64,000 nt of DNA from an uncultured cyanobacterium (lineage in GTDB: Bacteria > Cyanobacteriota > Cyanobacteriia > CAKZMO01), in the NCBI GenBank assembly GCA_963719515.1, contig CAVRCJ010000003.1, positions 416,001 to 480,000 of the forward strand. Direction: 5' to 3'. Of the stretch, positions 1 through 11,730 are shown one piece after another. Both the position numbers and the translations under genes were made by a program. A model generated the notes under the pieces. It had not been told where the DNA came from. It made no database searches and was given only the letters and a program-made list of their open reading frames with translations. The stretch's first letter is position 1. Each line of letters starts with the position of its first letter.

Positions 1-404
1 TCAGGCTAGGTATTCAGTTTCTAATAACGCTGGGAAAAGATCGCGTCCGCAAGATCAGCCGTGGTTCATCAAAACCTAATACGGATTTTTTCAAAATTCA
101 CGATCCAAGATCCCAACGTCAAATTCGCGTTTCTTCCTATGTATTAGCGACCCGAACAGAGTGAAATAATGAGCCTCTCTATTTAAAATCTAGCGACCTG
201 CACGAGCGTTAACGCCTTGAAAACTTCTCAGGAAATTCCTGATCAATTCTCAAGCGAGTGAGAATGTACTCATAACCCGGCGGCGCTAAAACTAGGCCCA
301 CTGCGCCCGCTCTCAAAAAGCTTGTTCCCCCTCCGCAGCACAGCGATCGCAGCGGTCAATGGCACGGTGCCAAATAGCGAGAACCCGATAGACACCAGAA
401 AGTA

Positions 405-1151
405 ATGAGTATAAAAAAACACATAAAACAGATGCTTTGCCGCCGCGTTTTCTACACTTCTATTTTGAGCCTTTTGACGCTAGGTTTGCTGATGGGCTGC
501 TCTTCTAGCCCTATAAAGTCTTCTGCCAACGGTGTTACCCATTTAACTATTCGAAACATCGAGCCTTCAGGCCAAATGGGAAAATATCTGGTCTCCGGCG
601 AGGCCGAATCTTTTAGCGGCGCGACCGTGACCGTCTCTGCTATTCGCCGCTTTACTCAAGACACCGCCAAAACTGCGCCAAGCTACGCCCTGCTCGACCG
701 TCAGTTTACGTCGGTGTCTGACGGAGAGTGGCAGGCAGAGCTTCAGATTTGGCAAACCGAAGGGTTAGCTTCGCCGCAAGAGCTGTGGCAGATCGACCAG
801 GCGACCCTCAATATGGCCCTCACGCCCACTCCAGAAGTCGAATTCGCCGCCACTTTAGATCCCATAGAAGCCCGTAAATGGCCCCAAGCGATCGCCCAAG
901 CTGAGGCATCATCTGCTGCTAGCTATACGGTAGACGGAGACGTTTACCTAGCGGCACAGAGCACAATTGGAATTCCCGTTCCGGCTAGCTTGGCGAAAGA
1001 CGCGCTCAAAAGCGCAGCTATTGCCCGCCGGATCAGCGATCGCAAGGTCACGACCATTGATCCGGGCGTCAGCGCCGTCAGCGATAGCGAACAATCAGCT
1101 GCGGCGAACCGGACAACTCTGCCCATCAGCCCTAGGCAGTACTTACGATGA
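405..1151 (+). CDS. hypothetical lipoprotein
   Basis: 248-aa ORF with a hydrophobic N-terminus ending in lipobox-like LLMGC; true start may be the ATG at 432. Confidence 0.7.
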   Translation: MSIKKHIKQMLCRRVFYTSILSLLTLGLLMGCSSSPIKSSANGVTHLTIRNIEPSGQMGKYLVSGEAESFSGATVTVSAIRRFTQDTAKTAPSYALLDRQFTSVSDGEWQAELQIWQTEGLASPQELWQIDQATLNMALTPTPEVEFAATLDPIEARKWPQAIAQAEASSAASYTVDGDVYLAAQSTIGIPVPASLAKDALKSAAIARRISDRKVTTIDPGVSAVSDSEQSAAANRTTLPISPRQYLR

Positions 1152-1594
1152 GGAAGGCTGTCGGCCAAAGCCTCTGATTTTGTAGGCAACAGGACGCGCA
1201 GAGACTCTGTCGACCCAAGATATTGACAGCATCTGAGCCTTCATAGAGGCTACAAACGGTGCAACCACCCTGTAAAGCAAGGGTGAAGGTTGCCCCAAGA
1301 ATCACTAAGAATTGGCCTAAATCGCCGATAATTCACGTAGCGCAGCTGGGAACCTTAACCTCAGGGCTAGTACTCTCCAGCCAGATGATTAAAGTTAACC
1401 TTTAGCCTAACGACATATCAATAAATTACCAGCGGATGTTAAACCAAAATCACATTGGAAAGCGCCGCTGCCTTGCCTAGCTAGAATTTGCTTTTATGCT
1501 GCGGTAAGGGAAGAGTGTGGCGCGCTGCCACCGATTAAACTCGTCCTTTACGGGCTTAAAAATCGCTATATGTTTACGTCATAACTAGAGAACG

Positions 1595-2140
1595 ATGGAC
1601 GTTACGCCAACAGAGATTTCAGAGGTGCTTTTGATAGCGCCCAAGGTCTTCGGAGACGATCGCGGCTTCTTTTTTGAAAGCTACAACCAACAGGCCTTTG
1701 CGGATAAGGTCAGCGCTGAACACTCTTTTGTGCAGGACAATCACTCGCGGTCTGAAAAGAACGTCCTGCGAGGACTGCACTACCAAGTTGAGCAGGCTCA
1801 AGGCAAGCTCGTCCGTGCTGTGGTGGGATCGATCTTTGATGTAGCCGTTGACATCCGCAAAAGCTCGCCGACCTTCGGTCAGTGGGTGGGGCACATGTTG
1901 ACCGCTGAAAACAAGCATCAGCTGTGGGTTCCCTCAGGGTTTGCCCATGGTTTTTTGGTCGTCTCGGAGGTTGCTGAGGTGCTCTATAAGACAACCGACT
2001 TCTATGCCCCCCAGTACGAGCGCTCAATTCTCTGGAACGATCCAGACCTAGAAATCCGCTGGCCCACCTCGGAAGCCCCTATTTTATCGAAAAAGGATAT
2101 GGGCGGCCAACGACTCAAAGAGGCTGAGGTTTACCCATGA
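1595..2140 (+). CDS. rfbC: dTDP-4-dehydrorhamnose 3,5-epimerase
   Basis: FGDDRGFFFESY, QDNHSRS, LRGLHYQ and GFAHGF motifs; first gene of the rfb operon. Confidence 0.97.
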   Translation: MDVTPTEISEVLLIAPKVFGDDRGFFFESYNQQAFADKVSAEHSFVQDNHSRSEKNVLRGLHYQVEQAQGKLVRAVVGSIFDVAVDIRKSSPTFGQWVGHMLTAENKHQLWVPSGFAHGFLVVSEVAEVLYKTTDFYAPQYERSILWNDPDLEIRWPTSEAPILSKKDMGGQRLKEAEVYP

Positions 2141-3021
2141 CCACCCTGTTGCTCATTGGGGCCAGCGGCCAGGTTGGCCAAGAACTAAAGCAGACGCTAA
2201 CGGGGGTGGGGGAGGTTGTTGCGGTTGGGCGGCAGGAGCTTGACCTCACCGATGTTGACAGTCTGCGCCACCGAATAGCGGCGGTCAAGCCCGACGTCCT
2301 CGTCAATGCGGCAGCCTATACGGCTGTCGATAAAGCCGAGTCAGATATCGAGCTGGCCAACGCCGTCAATGCGATCGCCCCCACGGTCATGGCGGAGGAG
2401 GTCCAACGCCTGGAGGGTATGCTGATCCATATCTCCACAGACTATGTGTTTAACGGCAAGAAAAGCTCCCCCTACTTAGAAGACGACCTGCCCCACCCTT
2501 TGGGCATTTACGGGAAGTCTAAACTACTGGGAGAAGACGGGGTTCGTCAATCTTGCGATAACCACATCATCCTGCGCACGGCGTGGGTATACGGAGCCAA
2601 AGGGAAGGGTAACTTCGTCAAAACGATGCTGAGGCTAGCCTCGGAGCGAGAGGAGCTGCGGGTGGTTTCAGACCAAATCGGCAGCCCCACCTGGGCGGGA
2701 GACATCGCGGCGGCGATCGCCCAGCTGATTTATCTAGAAGCCTCTGATAACCCTCCTGAATCTGGCACTTATCACTTCACCAACAGCGGCGTTGCGAGCT
2801 GGTACGACTTTGCCGTTGCTATTTTTGAGGAGGCGAAAACCTTGGGGGCATCGCTGCCCATCAAGCAAGTGATTCCTATTACTACAGCAGACTACCCAAC
2901 GCCAACAGAAAGGCCGGCCTATTCCGTCCTGTCGAGCCAAAAGGTCTCGCCCCTGATCGGCGTGCCGCCCCACTGGCGGCACAGTCTCCGGCAAATGCTC
3001 GTAGAACTATATACCTCATAA
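2137..3021 (+). CDS. rfbD: dTDP-4-dehydrorhamnose reductase
   Basis: GASGQVG, NAAAYTAVDKAE, HISTDYVF and YGKSK motifs; ATGA overlap with rfbC. Confidence 0.97.
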   Translation: MTTLLLIGASGQVGQELKQTLTGVGEVVAVGRQELDLTDVDSLRHRIAAVKPDVLVNAAAYTAVDKAESDIELANAVNAIAPTVMAEEVQRLEGMLIHISTDYVFNGKKSSPYLEDDLPHPLGIYGKSKLLGEDGVRQSCDNHIILRTAWVYGAKGKGNFVKTMLRLASEREELRVVSDQIGSPTWAGDIAAAIAQLIYLEASDNPPESGTYHFTNSGVASWYDFAVAIFEEAKTLGASLPIKQVIPITTADYPTPTERPAYSVLSSQKVSPLIGVPPHWRHSLRQMLVELYTS

Positions 3022-3039
3022 CTATCCTTAACGATCACT

Positions 3040-4113
3040 ATGAAAGCACTCATCCTCTCCGGCGGCAAAGGCACTCGACTGCGGCCCTTGACCTACACTG
3101 GCGCCAAGCAGCTGGTTCCTGTCGCCAACAAGCCTATCCTTTGGTATGGCATTGAATCTATTGTGGCGGCCGGCATCACCGACATCGGTATTGTTATCAG
3201 CCCTGAAACGGGAGAGGAAATTAAGGAAAAAACGGGGGATGGCGATCGCTTCGGAGCCAAAATTACCTACATTCTGCAGGACGAGCCCGCTGGCCTAGCT
3301 CACGCCGTCAAAATTTCTCGCTCGTTCTTGGGCGATGCGCCCTTCGTCATGTACCTGGGGGACAACCTAATTGAGGGCGGTCTGCACGACTTCTGCGCCA
3401 AGTTCAAAGAGCGCCAGCTTGATGCCCTAACCCTGCTGCGCCGCGTCCCTAACCCTACCGCATTTGGTGTGGCCGAAGTGGACGAGGAAGGCCGCATTCT
3501 CCGCCTGGTGGAAAAGCCCAAAGTTCCTCCCTCCGACCTGGCGCTAGTGGGGGTGTACCTGTTCTCCCCTGAAATCCACACCTCCATCAGTCAAATCCAG
3601 CCTTCGGCGCGGGGCGAACTAGAAATCACCGACGCCATCCAAAACCTCATCGAGCGTCAGCAGGCAGTGGAGGCGGTGGAGCTGCACGGCTGGTGGCTGG
3701 ACACCGGAAAGAAAGACGACCTGCTGGAGGCCAACCGCATTATTCTAGACACCTGCCTAGAAGCGGACAACCAGGGCCACGTCGATGAGGCTAGCCAGGT
3801 TATTGGCCGCGTCAAAATTGGCCAAAACTCCAAGCTCATCAACTGTACGGTGCGCGGTCCGGTGGTCATTGGCGAGAATTGCCACCTGGAAAATTGCTTC
3901 ATCGGCCCCTACAGCAGCATTGCAGACGAAAGCTGGCTGGTGGAGACAGACCTAGAGCACAGCGTCATTTTGCAGGGTGCCAAGGTGATTGGCATTCATC
4001 AGCGCATCGTGGATAGCCTGATTGGCCAGCGGGCCAGACTGACGGAAGCCCCGCAGCGGCCCCGCGCCCTGCGCTTTATGATTGGCGACGATTCTCAAGT
4101 TGAGCTGGTATAA
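3040..4113 (+). CDS. rfbA: glucose-1-phosphate thymidylyltransferase (long form)
   Basis: [23 protein letters not shown] and [10 protein letters not shown] motifs plus a C-terminal beta-helix region. Confidence 0.96.
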   Translation: MKALILSGGKGTRLRPLTYTGAKQLVPVANKPILWYGIESIVAAGITDIGIVISPETGEEIKEKTGDGDRFGAKITYILQDEPAGLAHAVKISRSFLGDAPFVMYLGDNLIEGGLHDFCAKFKERQLDALTLLRRVPNPTAFGVAEVDEEGRILRLVEKPKVPPSDLALVGVYLFSPEIHTSISQIQPSARGELEITDAIQNLIERQQAVEAVELHGWWLDTGKKDDLLEANRIILDTCLEADNQGHVDEASQVIGRVKIGQNSKLINCTVRGPVVIGENCHLENCFIGPYSSIADESWLVETDLEHSVILQGAKVIGIHQRIVDSLIGQRARLTEAPQRPRALRFMIGDDSQVELV

Positions 4114-4121
4114 GGAGAATA

Positions 4122-5210
4122 ATGACACAGCAACCCAAGCGCACCCCCCGCCGCATCATCATCACAGGCGGTGCAGGCTTTATCGGCTCTAACTTCGTTC
4201 ACCACTGGTGCGAGCAGTACCCCGGCGATCGCGTCGTGGTGTTAGACGCCCTCACCTACGCCGGGAATCGCGCCAATCTGGCTGACCTAGAGGATAATCC
4301 TAACCTGCGCTTTGTCCAGGGCGACATCTGCGATCGCGCTCTTGTCGATACCCTACTGCAGGAGGAAAAAATCGACACCGTTGCCCATTTTGCCGCCGAG
4401 TCCCACGTCGACCGCTCTATTCTCGGTCCTGGCGCATTCGTGCAGACCAACGTCGTCGGGACCTTCACCCTGCTGGAAGCCTTCCGCCAATACTGGATGG
4501 GGCAGGGCAAGCCTCAGGACTACCGCTTCCTGCATGTCTCCACCGATGAGGTGTACGGTTCCCTCTCTCCCAGCGACCCCGCCTTCACGGAGACCACCCC
4601 CTACACACCGAACAGTCCCTACTCCGCCTCTAAGGCAGGCAGCGATCATCTGGTGCGGGCCTACTTCCACACCTACCAAATGCCCACCTTGATCACCAAC
4701 TGCTCCAACAACTACGGCCCCTACCACTACCCTGAGAAGCTGATTCCCTTGATGTGCATCAACATTCTCCTGGGTAAGTCCCTGCCGGTGTATGGCGACG
4801 GGCAGAACGTCCGGGACTGGCTCTACGTGGGTGACCACTGCAGCGCTTTAGATACGGTGATTCACAAGGGCGAGCCGGGCGAGACCTACAACGTCGGCGG
4901 CAATAACGAGGTCAAAAATCTCGACCTGGTGCATAAGCTCTGTCAAATCATGGACGAGCTGGCCCCTGACCTCCCGGTAAATCCGTCTCAAGATCTGATT
5001 ACCTTTGTCAAGGATCGCCCTGGCCACGATCGCCGCTACGCCATCGACGCGACGAAAATTAAAACTGAGCTGGGCTGGACGCCTCAGGAAACCGTAGACA
5101 ATGGCCTGCGCCGCACCGTTGAGTGGTACCTCAGCCATGAGAGCTGGTGGACACCTCTACTCTCTGACGAGTATCGGGCCTACTACGATAAGGTTTACGT
5201 CAGCGCTTAG
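4122..5210 (+). CDS. rfbB: dTDP-glucose 4,6-dehydratase
   Basis: [38 protein letters not shown] and [10 protein letters not shown] motifs. Confidence 0.97.
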   Translation: MTQQPKRTPRRIIITGGAGFIGSNFVHHWCEQYPGDRVVVLDALTYAGNRANLADLEDNPNLRFVQGDICDRALVDTLLQEEKIDTVAHFAAESHVDRSILGPGAFVQTNVVGTFTLLEAFRQYWMGQGKPQDYRFLHVSTDEVYGSLSPSDPAFTETTPYTPNSPYSASKAGSDHLVRAYFHTYQMPTLITNCSNNYGPYHYPEKLIPLMCINILLGKSLPVYGDGQNVRDWLYVGDHCSALDTVIHKGEPGETYNVGGNNEVKNLDLVHKLCQIMDELAPDLPVNPSQDLITFVKDRPGHDRRYAIDATKIKTELGWTPQETVDNGLRRTVEWYLSHESWWTPLLSDEYRAYYDKVYVSA

Positions 5211-5380
5211 GTCGCACGGCGAAGAGCGATCGCCCCCACCGCAATTCTCAACGCCGCCCGCGATAATGCGCGGGCGGTAGCAGCGCTGCGACGCGACAAA
5301 AGCTCCGCCTTCGCGACGCGATCACCATAGGTGTACCCGATACTTTATACTCTTAATTCTTTACAGAGACGACTATAGCT

Positions 5381-6337
5381 ATGGCAACCTACGTTGTAAC
5401 GGGAGTAGCCGGTTTCATCGGCTCTCACTTGGCTCGTACGCTTTTAAAGAGGGGACAGACCGTAGTTGGCGTTGATCAGTTTAACGACTACTACGATCCT
5501 CAGCTAAAGCGTCAAAACGTCTCTGAATTGGAGCAAGCGGTAAACTTTAAACTGGTTGAGAGCGATATTCAGGCCCTCGACTGGGAAGCGCTATTGGCAG
5601 ATGTAGACGTGGTGTACCACCAGGCGGCCCAAGCGGGCGTGCGCTCAAGCTGGGGCGAAGGATTCCGCACCTACACCGAGCAAAACATCAACGCTACTCA
5701 AATTCTGCTGGAGGCAGCCAAAAGCGCTGACCTCCAGCGGTTCGTTTACGCCTCTTCGTCGTCTATCTACGGCAACGCCGCCACCCTGCCCACCCAAGAG
5801 ACCATCTGTCCTCAGCCCGTTTCCCCCTACGGCATCACCAAGCTCGCCGGGGAGCAGCTCTGCACGCTCTATCACCAGAGCTACCAGGTTCCCACCGTTT
5901 CTCTGCGCTACTTCACGGTCTACGGTCCCCGCCAGCGCCCCGACATGGCGTTCCACAAGTTTTTCAAAGCCGCCCTCACCGGTCAGCCCATCACCATCTA
6001 CGGTGACGGCCAACAGACGCGGGACTACACCTTCATCGAAGATGCGATCGCTGCTAACCTTACGGCCGCCGAAGCTCCTGATGCGGTTGGGGAAGTGTTT
6101 AACGTCGGCGGCGGCAGCCGGGTGGGGTTAATGGAGGTAATCGACACCATGGAGGCGGTAAGCGGTCTCTCTATCAAGCGAGAGCATATTGAGCAGGCTC
6201 GCGGCGATGCGCGGCATACCGCTGCAGATATTACCAAGGCCCAGAAGATTTTGGGCTATCAGCCCCAGGTGTCGCTGAGAGAAGGACTAGCGGCAGAGTG
6301 GCGGTGGATTCAAGTCCTCTACGGTTCGTCAGTTTAA
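5381..6337 (+). CDS. NAD-dependent epimerase/dehydratase (UDP-glucuronate 4-epimerase-like)
   Basis: TGVAGFIGSH, HQAAQAGVR, YGITK and YFTVYGPRQRPDMA motifs. Confidence 0.92.
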   Translation: MATYVVTGVAGFIGSHLARTLLKRGQTVVGVDQFNDYYDPQLKRQNVSELEQAVNFKLVESDIQALDWEALLADVDVVYHQAAQAGVRSSWGEGFRTYTEQNINATQILLEAAKSADLQRFVYASSSSIYGNAATLPTQETICPQPVSPYGITKLAGEQLCTLYHQSYQVPTVSLRYFTVYGPRQRPDMAFHKFFKAALTGQPITIYGDGQQTRDYTFIEDAIAANLTAAEAPDAVGEVFNVGGGSRVGLMEVIDTMEAVSGLSIKREHIEQARGDARHTAADITKAQKILGYQPQVSLREGLAAEWRWIQVLYGSSV

Positions 6338-6438
6338 AAGAGGGCGGACAGTCTGCTAGAATTGCGGCTCGATAGAACTGTAGAGGAGCATTACAGGCAA
6401 CACTCCTTGCCAGAACTCTAAAGTTCAGGCCGTTGTGT

Positions 6439-7176
6439 CTACTGCGCAATGCCGAATCTAAACGCCGTGACCTTCTGCAGCTTGATATAGACCGTCAGCG
6501 CATACAGAAAAATAGTTACTCCAACTATTTCCAGCGACTCTTCTACGGTTGTTACCAATGAATAGAGAAGGTTTACCCGATCTGAAGCCTCCGCCAGCAC
6601 CTGAAAGCCAGAGCGGCTGTGGATGAGAGCGGCTACCATTTCAAAGCCTATCGCTCCTAATACAAAAAGGCCGCCTGACAGTATGAACAAATTTCTGACC
6701 TGCTTGGGCAACTGGAAGACGAATTTAGCGCAGATGATTGCAAGCAGGATGACAGCAGGAATCGCGACAATTACCCAGGTATAGTAGAAAAACCCTGATG
6801 TATTTACATAGGCTTGAGAAAGTTCGGCTATAGACTCCCGAAAGGTAGCTATCTCGTCGATGGAAATGTACAGAAACAACAGCGACAACCCGAACCAATA
6901 TCGGGAAAACTTTTCCTGATTGCTCTTTGCTCTCAACCCAATTAGAAAAAGAAGCAGCGAGCAAGCAAGGAGCTGAAAAGAGGAATACCACGTCGGCAGA
7001 CTTTCCTCCGCTCCAAGATTAAATCGCATTACCAAGAAACCTAAATTCTTGTCTATTAAATAGGTACAGAGGTTGCTCAGAAGACCTGCGATCGCAAGTC
7101 CAATATCAATTCCCAGCAAAAACGTAAGAAGTCGCCTGGGAGAGATATTTACAGTTTGCACAATCGAATTTTGCAT
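6439..7176 (-). CDS. multi-pass membrane protein of unknown function
   Basis: 245-aa ORF with about 6 hydrophobic segments and SIDE..RE and VEESLE motifs; more AT-rich than its neighbours. Confidence 0.8.
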   Translation of the reverse strand: MQNSIVQTVNISPRRLLTFLLGIDIGLAIAGLLSNLCTYLIDKNLGFLVMRFNLGAEESLPTWYSSFQLLACSLLLFLIGLRAKSNQEKFSRYWFGLSLLFLYISIDEIATFRESIAELSQAYVNTSGFFYYTWVIVAIPAVILLAIICAKFVFQLPKQVRNLFILSGGLFVLGAIGFEMVAALIHSRSGFQVLAEASDRVNLLYSLVTTVEESLEIVGVTIFLYALTVYIKLQKVTAFRFGIAQ

Positions 7177-7500
7177 GTCAGAAGAGAATCCTTGTCGTCA
7201 CTAGAGGGAGAACACCATTGAGAGCACGTCATCCCCAATCCTAAAGAGCGCCCTACGCCCCTAGCTCCTGGTCCTGAATTCTAGAAGCCAGAGGTCAAGC
7301 GCTGGGGTGGAGTTAAGAGGTAATGTATTTTCTTAACCTGTCCTTAATTTTATGATAACGATCTCTTTCCTTTTGGGCGGAGCTCTGGCTTGACGTCAAC
7401 CTCAAGCCAAGGTCAAGATTTGATTAACCCGTCCTAGAGGCAGGCTGTTTTTCGCTCAGGTCCTTTACAGGGGCGGGCGCTACCGCCGCCAGACCAAAAT

Positions 7501-7520
7501 TTACGCTACCGGTAGCGCAA
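7501..7520. promoter_or_regulatory. near-perfect 20-bp palindrome upstream of the HTH gene; possible operator
   Basis: TTACGCTACC|GGTAGCGCAA, one mismatch. Confidence 0.35.
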
Positions 7521-7568
7521 CCTCACTCAAGTTCCGCTAGAATTGGTCTACCGATAGAGGTTAGGCGT

Positions 7569-9662
7569 ATGGGGCAGGCGGCGTTACAGAACCAGGTGGC
7601 GACCAGAGCAAACCCGGCTAATGTGGGTACATGCTCAAAGGACCGTCAGCCGCCCCCCCCGGAGATGGTGATTCAGCTCCAGCTAGAGAGTCCGGCGGCG
7701 CTAGGACAGCGGGTGAAAGGCGCTCGCGAGACGGTGCCGTCCGTCGCGGCGGAGAGGCCCGCAACGTCTGCTTCAATCCCTTTGACCGCAATCGTCGACC
7801 AGGTCGTCACCTCAGCAGACCTAGATCGGCTTATTGCCCACCTGCAGCGCAGTCCGGCAGTAATTCAGGCCATCACCCAGCAGCTGTTTCAGCGTCTCGC
7901 CGAGGCCTACCGTGAGCAGGTGGCGATCGCCATCGCAGAGGCAGGGCTCGGCGCCGTTGACCTCGCCCAGCCCCACTTCCGCCTGCAGCCCGGCCAGCAG
8001 CTAGATATCGTTATCGACGACGACGTCCAGCGCTATCTCGTGCAGTCTTTACCTCCCTTCTTCGAGCATCCCCGATTTCGTCGCCCCTTTAGCCGCTTCA
8101 TCGGCACGCACCTAGTAACCTGGGCCATTGACGACCTAGGGCTTTCCCCCTTTGACGCAGGCGCGTCGTCTGCCGTCATCCAGGGCCACCTCCGCCAAAA
8201 TATCGATCGTCTCGCTGAAAAGATTGACCTACTGGGCAAGATCTACAGCCTCGACATCACCCAAATGATCGTCGACAGCCTAGATTTGCCTAACTGCTCG
8301 CCCGCCCACCTAGAGACCCTGATGGGGCTGCGATCGCGCCCCGAGATGACGGTGGACGACCTGCTGGAGATGCCCAGAATTGCCCCCATGCCCACTTCGA
8401 TTCCCATCGCCAGCAGCATTCGCGCCCAGCTGCGCCCCGACCTCTGGCAGCGGGACAGCGACCTAGCGGTATTTCAGTACCGCAGCAAGTCCAATCCCGC
8501 CAACACCATCGAGCATTACATCACCGATCCGGGCGACATCGCCCTGCTGCCCTGGGAGGCGGCGGAGCAAATCATCAACAAGTTTGGCTTCGACACCGTC
8601 AAGCTGCAGATGATTTTCGCCGCCCGCGCCATGGACCAAGACGAACCCTGGAACAGCACCTTTCGCCTGCGGGCCACCGACATCGTGCAGCTGTTGGGCT
8701 GGGACCGCAACCACAACACCAGCCTCCCTGAAAAGCGCAACACCATCGCCAGCGCCGCCCACGCCTTGTCCTGCCTGCTGGTGAAGTCGGTGTGGATCGA
8801 GGGGCGGGGCAAGCGCAAGGTGGACGCCAGCACCCCAGTGGGCCGCATGTGGGACGTGCTGGTGGACCCCCACGGGCAAATCGACTGGGTCACCGGTAAA
8901 ATTGAGCGGCCAGATGAGGTGTACATCACCGTCACGCCGGGACTATGGACAAAGCATTTTCTCAATCGAGCCGGCCAGAAGGCCAAAGCCGCCCTGCACC
9001 AGTTTGGCTATCTGGCCCGCGACATTCTGCAAATCGACCCCTACCACCACGAAATGGCGCTGCGGCTGGCCATTCAGCTGACCCTAGACGCGCGGGTGAG
9101 AGTCCATAACCAGCACCCTTACGAGTATCAGGTGCTGAACTTGCTCAAAGAGGTGATGCCCCCCGCCGAAATTAGCCGAGCGCTCGACGATAAATACAAG
9201 GCCCGCGACCTGAAGAACCGCTGGAACCGCGCCCTGACGCTGTTAGTCAGCTTGGGCTGGCAAATCGAGTATGATGCGCCCTCCTACCCTGAGTGGCTGC
9301 AGCCTAACAGCAAAGCCCCCCGCCCCACCGACTGGCGGCGCATCAAGATTATTGAGCGGCTGCTGCAGGCCCGTCTAGTCATCCGGCCTCCCCAGCCTAT
9401 TCCCCAGCTGCTAGCTCAAGTCAAATCACCCCAGCAGTTCAGCTCCAAAAAGCGATCGCGCCCGGCCCAGCCCGCACTACCGGCCCGAGAAATCACCGGG
9501 GATGAGGTGCGGGAAGGGCGTCAGGGCCGGGGCTGGAGCCGTAAGGAGCTAGGGGGCTTTTTGGGGGTGAGCGCTGACTATGTGGGCAAGCTGGAGCGGG
9601 GCGATCGCATTATTACGCCACCGCTGCAAAAGCGGCTGCAGAAGCTGCTCAGCCTACCCTAA
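7569..9662 (+). CDS. large cyanobacterial protein with C-terminal XRE/Cro helix-turn-helix
   Basis: 697-aa ORF; C-terminal ITGDEVREGRQGRGWSRKELGGFLGVSADYVGKLERGDR is an HTH_3-like motif. Confidence 0.85.
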   Translation: MGQAALQNQVATRANPANVGTCSKDRQPPPPEMVIQLQLESPAALGQRVKGARETVPSVAAERPATSASIPLTAIVDQVVTSADLDRLIAHLQRSPAVIQAITQQLFQRLAEAYREQVAIAIAEAGLGAVDLAQPHFRLQPGQQLDIVIDDDVQRYLVQSLPPFFEHPRFRRPFSRFIGTHLVTWAIDDLGLSPFDAGASSAVIQGHLRQNIDRLAEKIDLLGKIYSLDITQMIVDSLDLPNCSPAHLETLMGLRSRPEMTVDDLLEMPRIAPMPTSIPIASSIRAQLRPDLWQRDSDLAVFQYRSKSNPANTIEHYITDPGDIALLPWEAAEQIINKFGFDTVKLQMIFAARAMDQDEPWNSTFRLRATDIVQLLGWDRNHNTSLPEKRNTIASAAHALSCLLVKSVWIEGRGKRKVDASTPVGRMWDVLVDPHGQIDWVTGKIERPDEVYITVTPGLWTKHFLNRAGQKAKAALHQFGYLARDILQIDPYHHEMALRLAIQLTLDARVRVHNQHPYEYQVLNLLKEVMPPAEISRALDDKYKARDLKNRWNRALTLLVSLGWQIEYDAPSYPEWLQPNSKAPRPTDWRRIKIIERLLQARLVIRPPQPIPQLLAQVKSPQQFSSKKRSRPAQPALPAREITGDEVREGRQGRGWSRKELGGFLGVSADYVGKLERGDRIITPPLQKRLQKLLSLP

Positions 9663-9786
9663 AGGTTGACGCTAGGTTTACCCGCAGCGTGCTCGCCTTC
9701 ATCTTTTTGATGGGGACAAGAGTCAGGCCGCGTGAATAAAGCTGTAGTCCCCACAGCCTGACTCTCAGAGCAGCTTTTTCACGCCC

Positions 9787-11486
9787 ATGATTATCTACGG
9801 CACCCCGGACCGCGATCGCATCGTTGGCACCGCTTCAGCAGACGAACTCTACGGCATGGGGGGGGACGACGTTATCGAAGCTCTAGGTGGCGGCGACGTG
9901 GTCTACAGCGGCGAGGGCTCCGATAGCGCTAGCGGCGGCGACGGCGACGATACGATATTTGGCGAGGCCGGGGATGACGTATTAGACGGCGGTGCAGGCA
10001 ACGACAGCCTCCACGGCAGCGTCGGAGATGACCTGCTGCGCGGGGGCGCGGGGCAAGACCGCCTATTTGGTGAGGCGGGCCGCGATCGCCTTGAGGGCGG
10101 TGAGGGCAACGATGAGCTTTTGGGCGGTACGGAGGACGATACGCTGGCGGGCGACAGCGGCGACGACCAGCTGAACGGCGATGGCGGGGACGATACGCTG
10201 ACAGGAGACGACGGCAACGATGCGCTCAGCGGTGGTGAAGGGCAACGACGCACTGAGCGGCGGCGAGGGTGACGACGAGCTGCAGGGCGAGGCCGGCAGA
10301 CGACGCGCTCAGCGGCGACGGTGGGCGACGACCTGCTGTTTGGTGGCGAGGGCCACGACACTCTTCAAGGCGGAACCGGTAGCGATCGCCTATTCGGGGA
10401 GGCAGGTTTCTGATGTGCTGTCGGGGGGTGCTGGGGACGACCTAGCTCTACGGCGGCGACGGCGACGACCAGCTGCAGGGCGATGCTGGGAGCGATGTCC
10501 TATTTGCCGAAGGGGGCAACGACAGCCTAGCGGGCGGTGAGGACAATGATGCGCTCTACGGCGGCGAGGGCCGCGACAGGATAGCGGGGGACGGGGGCAG
10601 CGATCGCCTATTTGGGGAAGCCGGGGACGATGAGCTCGCAGGTGGTGCGGGCAGCGATGCTCTGTATGGCGGCGAAGGCAACGATGCCTTAGACGGCGGC
10701 AGCGGCGACGACACGCTGTATGGGGAGGCCGGGAACGATGAGCTCGCGGGTGGTGCGGGCAACGACGCCCTCTACGGCGGCACTGGATCAAACCGGCTCA
10801 GGGGTGGGGACGGCGACGATACCTACTGGGTAGGCTACGGGAATGACGTGATTTTGGAAGCGGCGGGCGAGGGGCGAGACGTGGTGATTAGCCCCACGAG
10901 CTGGCAGCTGGCTGAGCAGGTAGAGACCTTGGTTTTGACCACCGACCAAGCGGCTAACGGCGTTGGCAATGCCCTCAACAATGTGCTTGTCGGCGGCGAG
11001 GGCCGCAACGTGCTGCGCGGGAAAGCGGGCCGCGATCGCCTGGTGGGCAATGGGGGACGCGATACCCTGCACGGCGGTTCAGGACACGATCGCCTCGCTG
11101 GCGGGGCGGGCGCTGATACGTTGATTGGCGGTGGGGGGAGCGATCGCTTTTTGTTCAAGGGGGACGGGCCTTTTCGCCGTAAGGCTTTTGGCGTAGATCG
11201 AATTGAGGGGTTCTCTCGTCGCCAGGACCAGATCGTCTTGGACCGCGACGTCTTCACTGAGCTAGAGAGCCACCGCGGTCGTGGGTTTAGCGACGCCGCT
11301 GACTTTGCCATTGTGCGCGGCAGCCGAAATGCCGCTAGCAGCGACGCCGCCATTGTGTATGACGAGGGCAACGGCAACCTGTTCTATAACGCGAATGGCG
11401 CTAGGGCAGGGTTTGGCGGCGGGGGCCGCTTTGCCGCTGTGGCGGGGGCCCCTGCCGTGAGCGAGCAAAATTTTGTTGTTGGCTAG
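9787..11486 (+). CDS. RTX-type calcium-binding repeat protein, split by several frameshifts
   Basis: GGxGxDxLx nonapeptide repeats continue across frames from 9787 into the 10848-11486 ORF, which ends in an RTX-type C-terminal region. Confidence 0.85.
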
Positions 11487-11572
11487 GCAGCGAGCAGTAT
11501 GCAGAGCGCACTTCGCAGTAGAGAGAGCACCAGAAGAATCGCGCTTTCAGCCAGGGCTAAAGTCGTGAACAA

Positions 11573-11613
11573 CCTATAGCAAATGTCTCAAGCATTAAGA
11601 CATTTGCTATAGG
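11573..11613. repeat. palindrome with perfect 16-bp arms
   Basis: CCTATAGCAAATGTCT-9 nt-AGACATTTGCTATAGG between convergent genes. Confidence 0.75.
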
Positions 11614-11664
11614 CCTTTAGAAGCAGATCTAAACTGCTGGCCAAGTCGAGGTTTCTCAACAAGA

Positions 11665-11694
11665 AATGCCCGCAGGCCATATGCTGCGGGCATT
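11665..11694. terminator. hairpin between convergent RTX genes
   Basis: AATGCCCGCAG-gccatatg-CTGCGGGCATT. Confidence 0.6.
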
Positions 11695-11730
11695 GTAGGC
11701 TAACCCTGAATGCGTCAGAGACTAGGGCCG

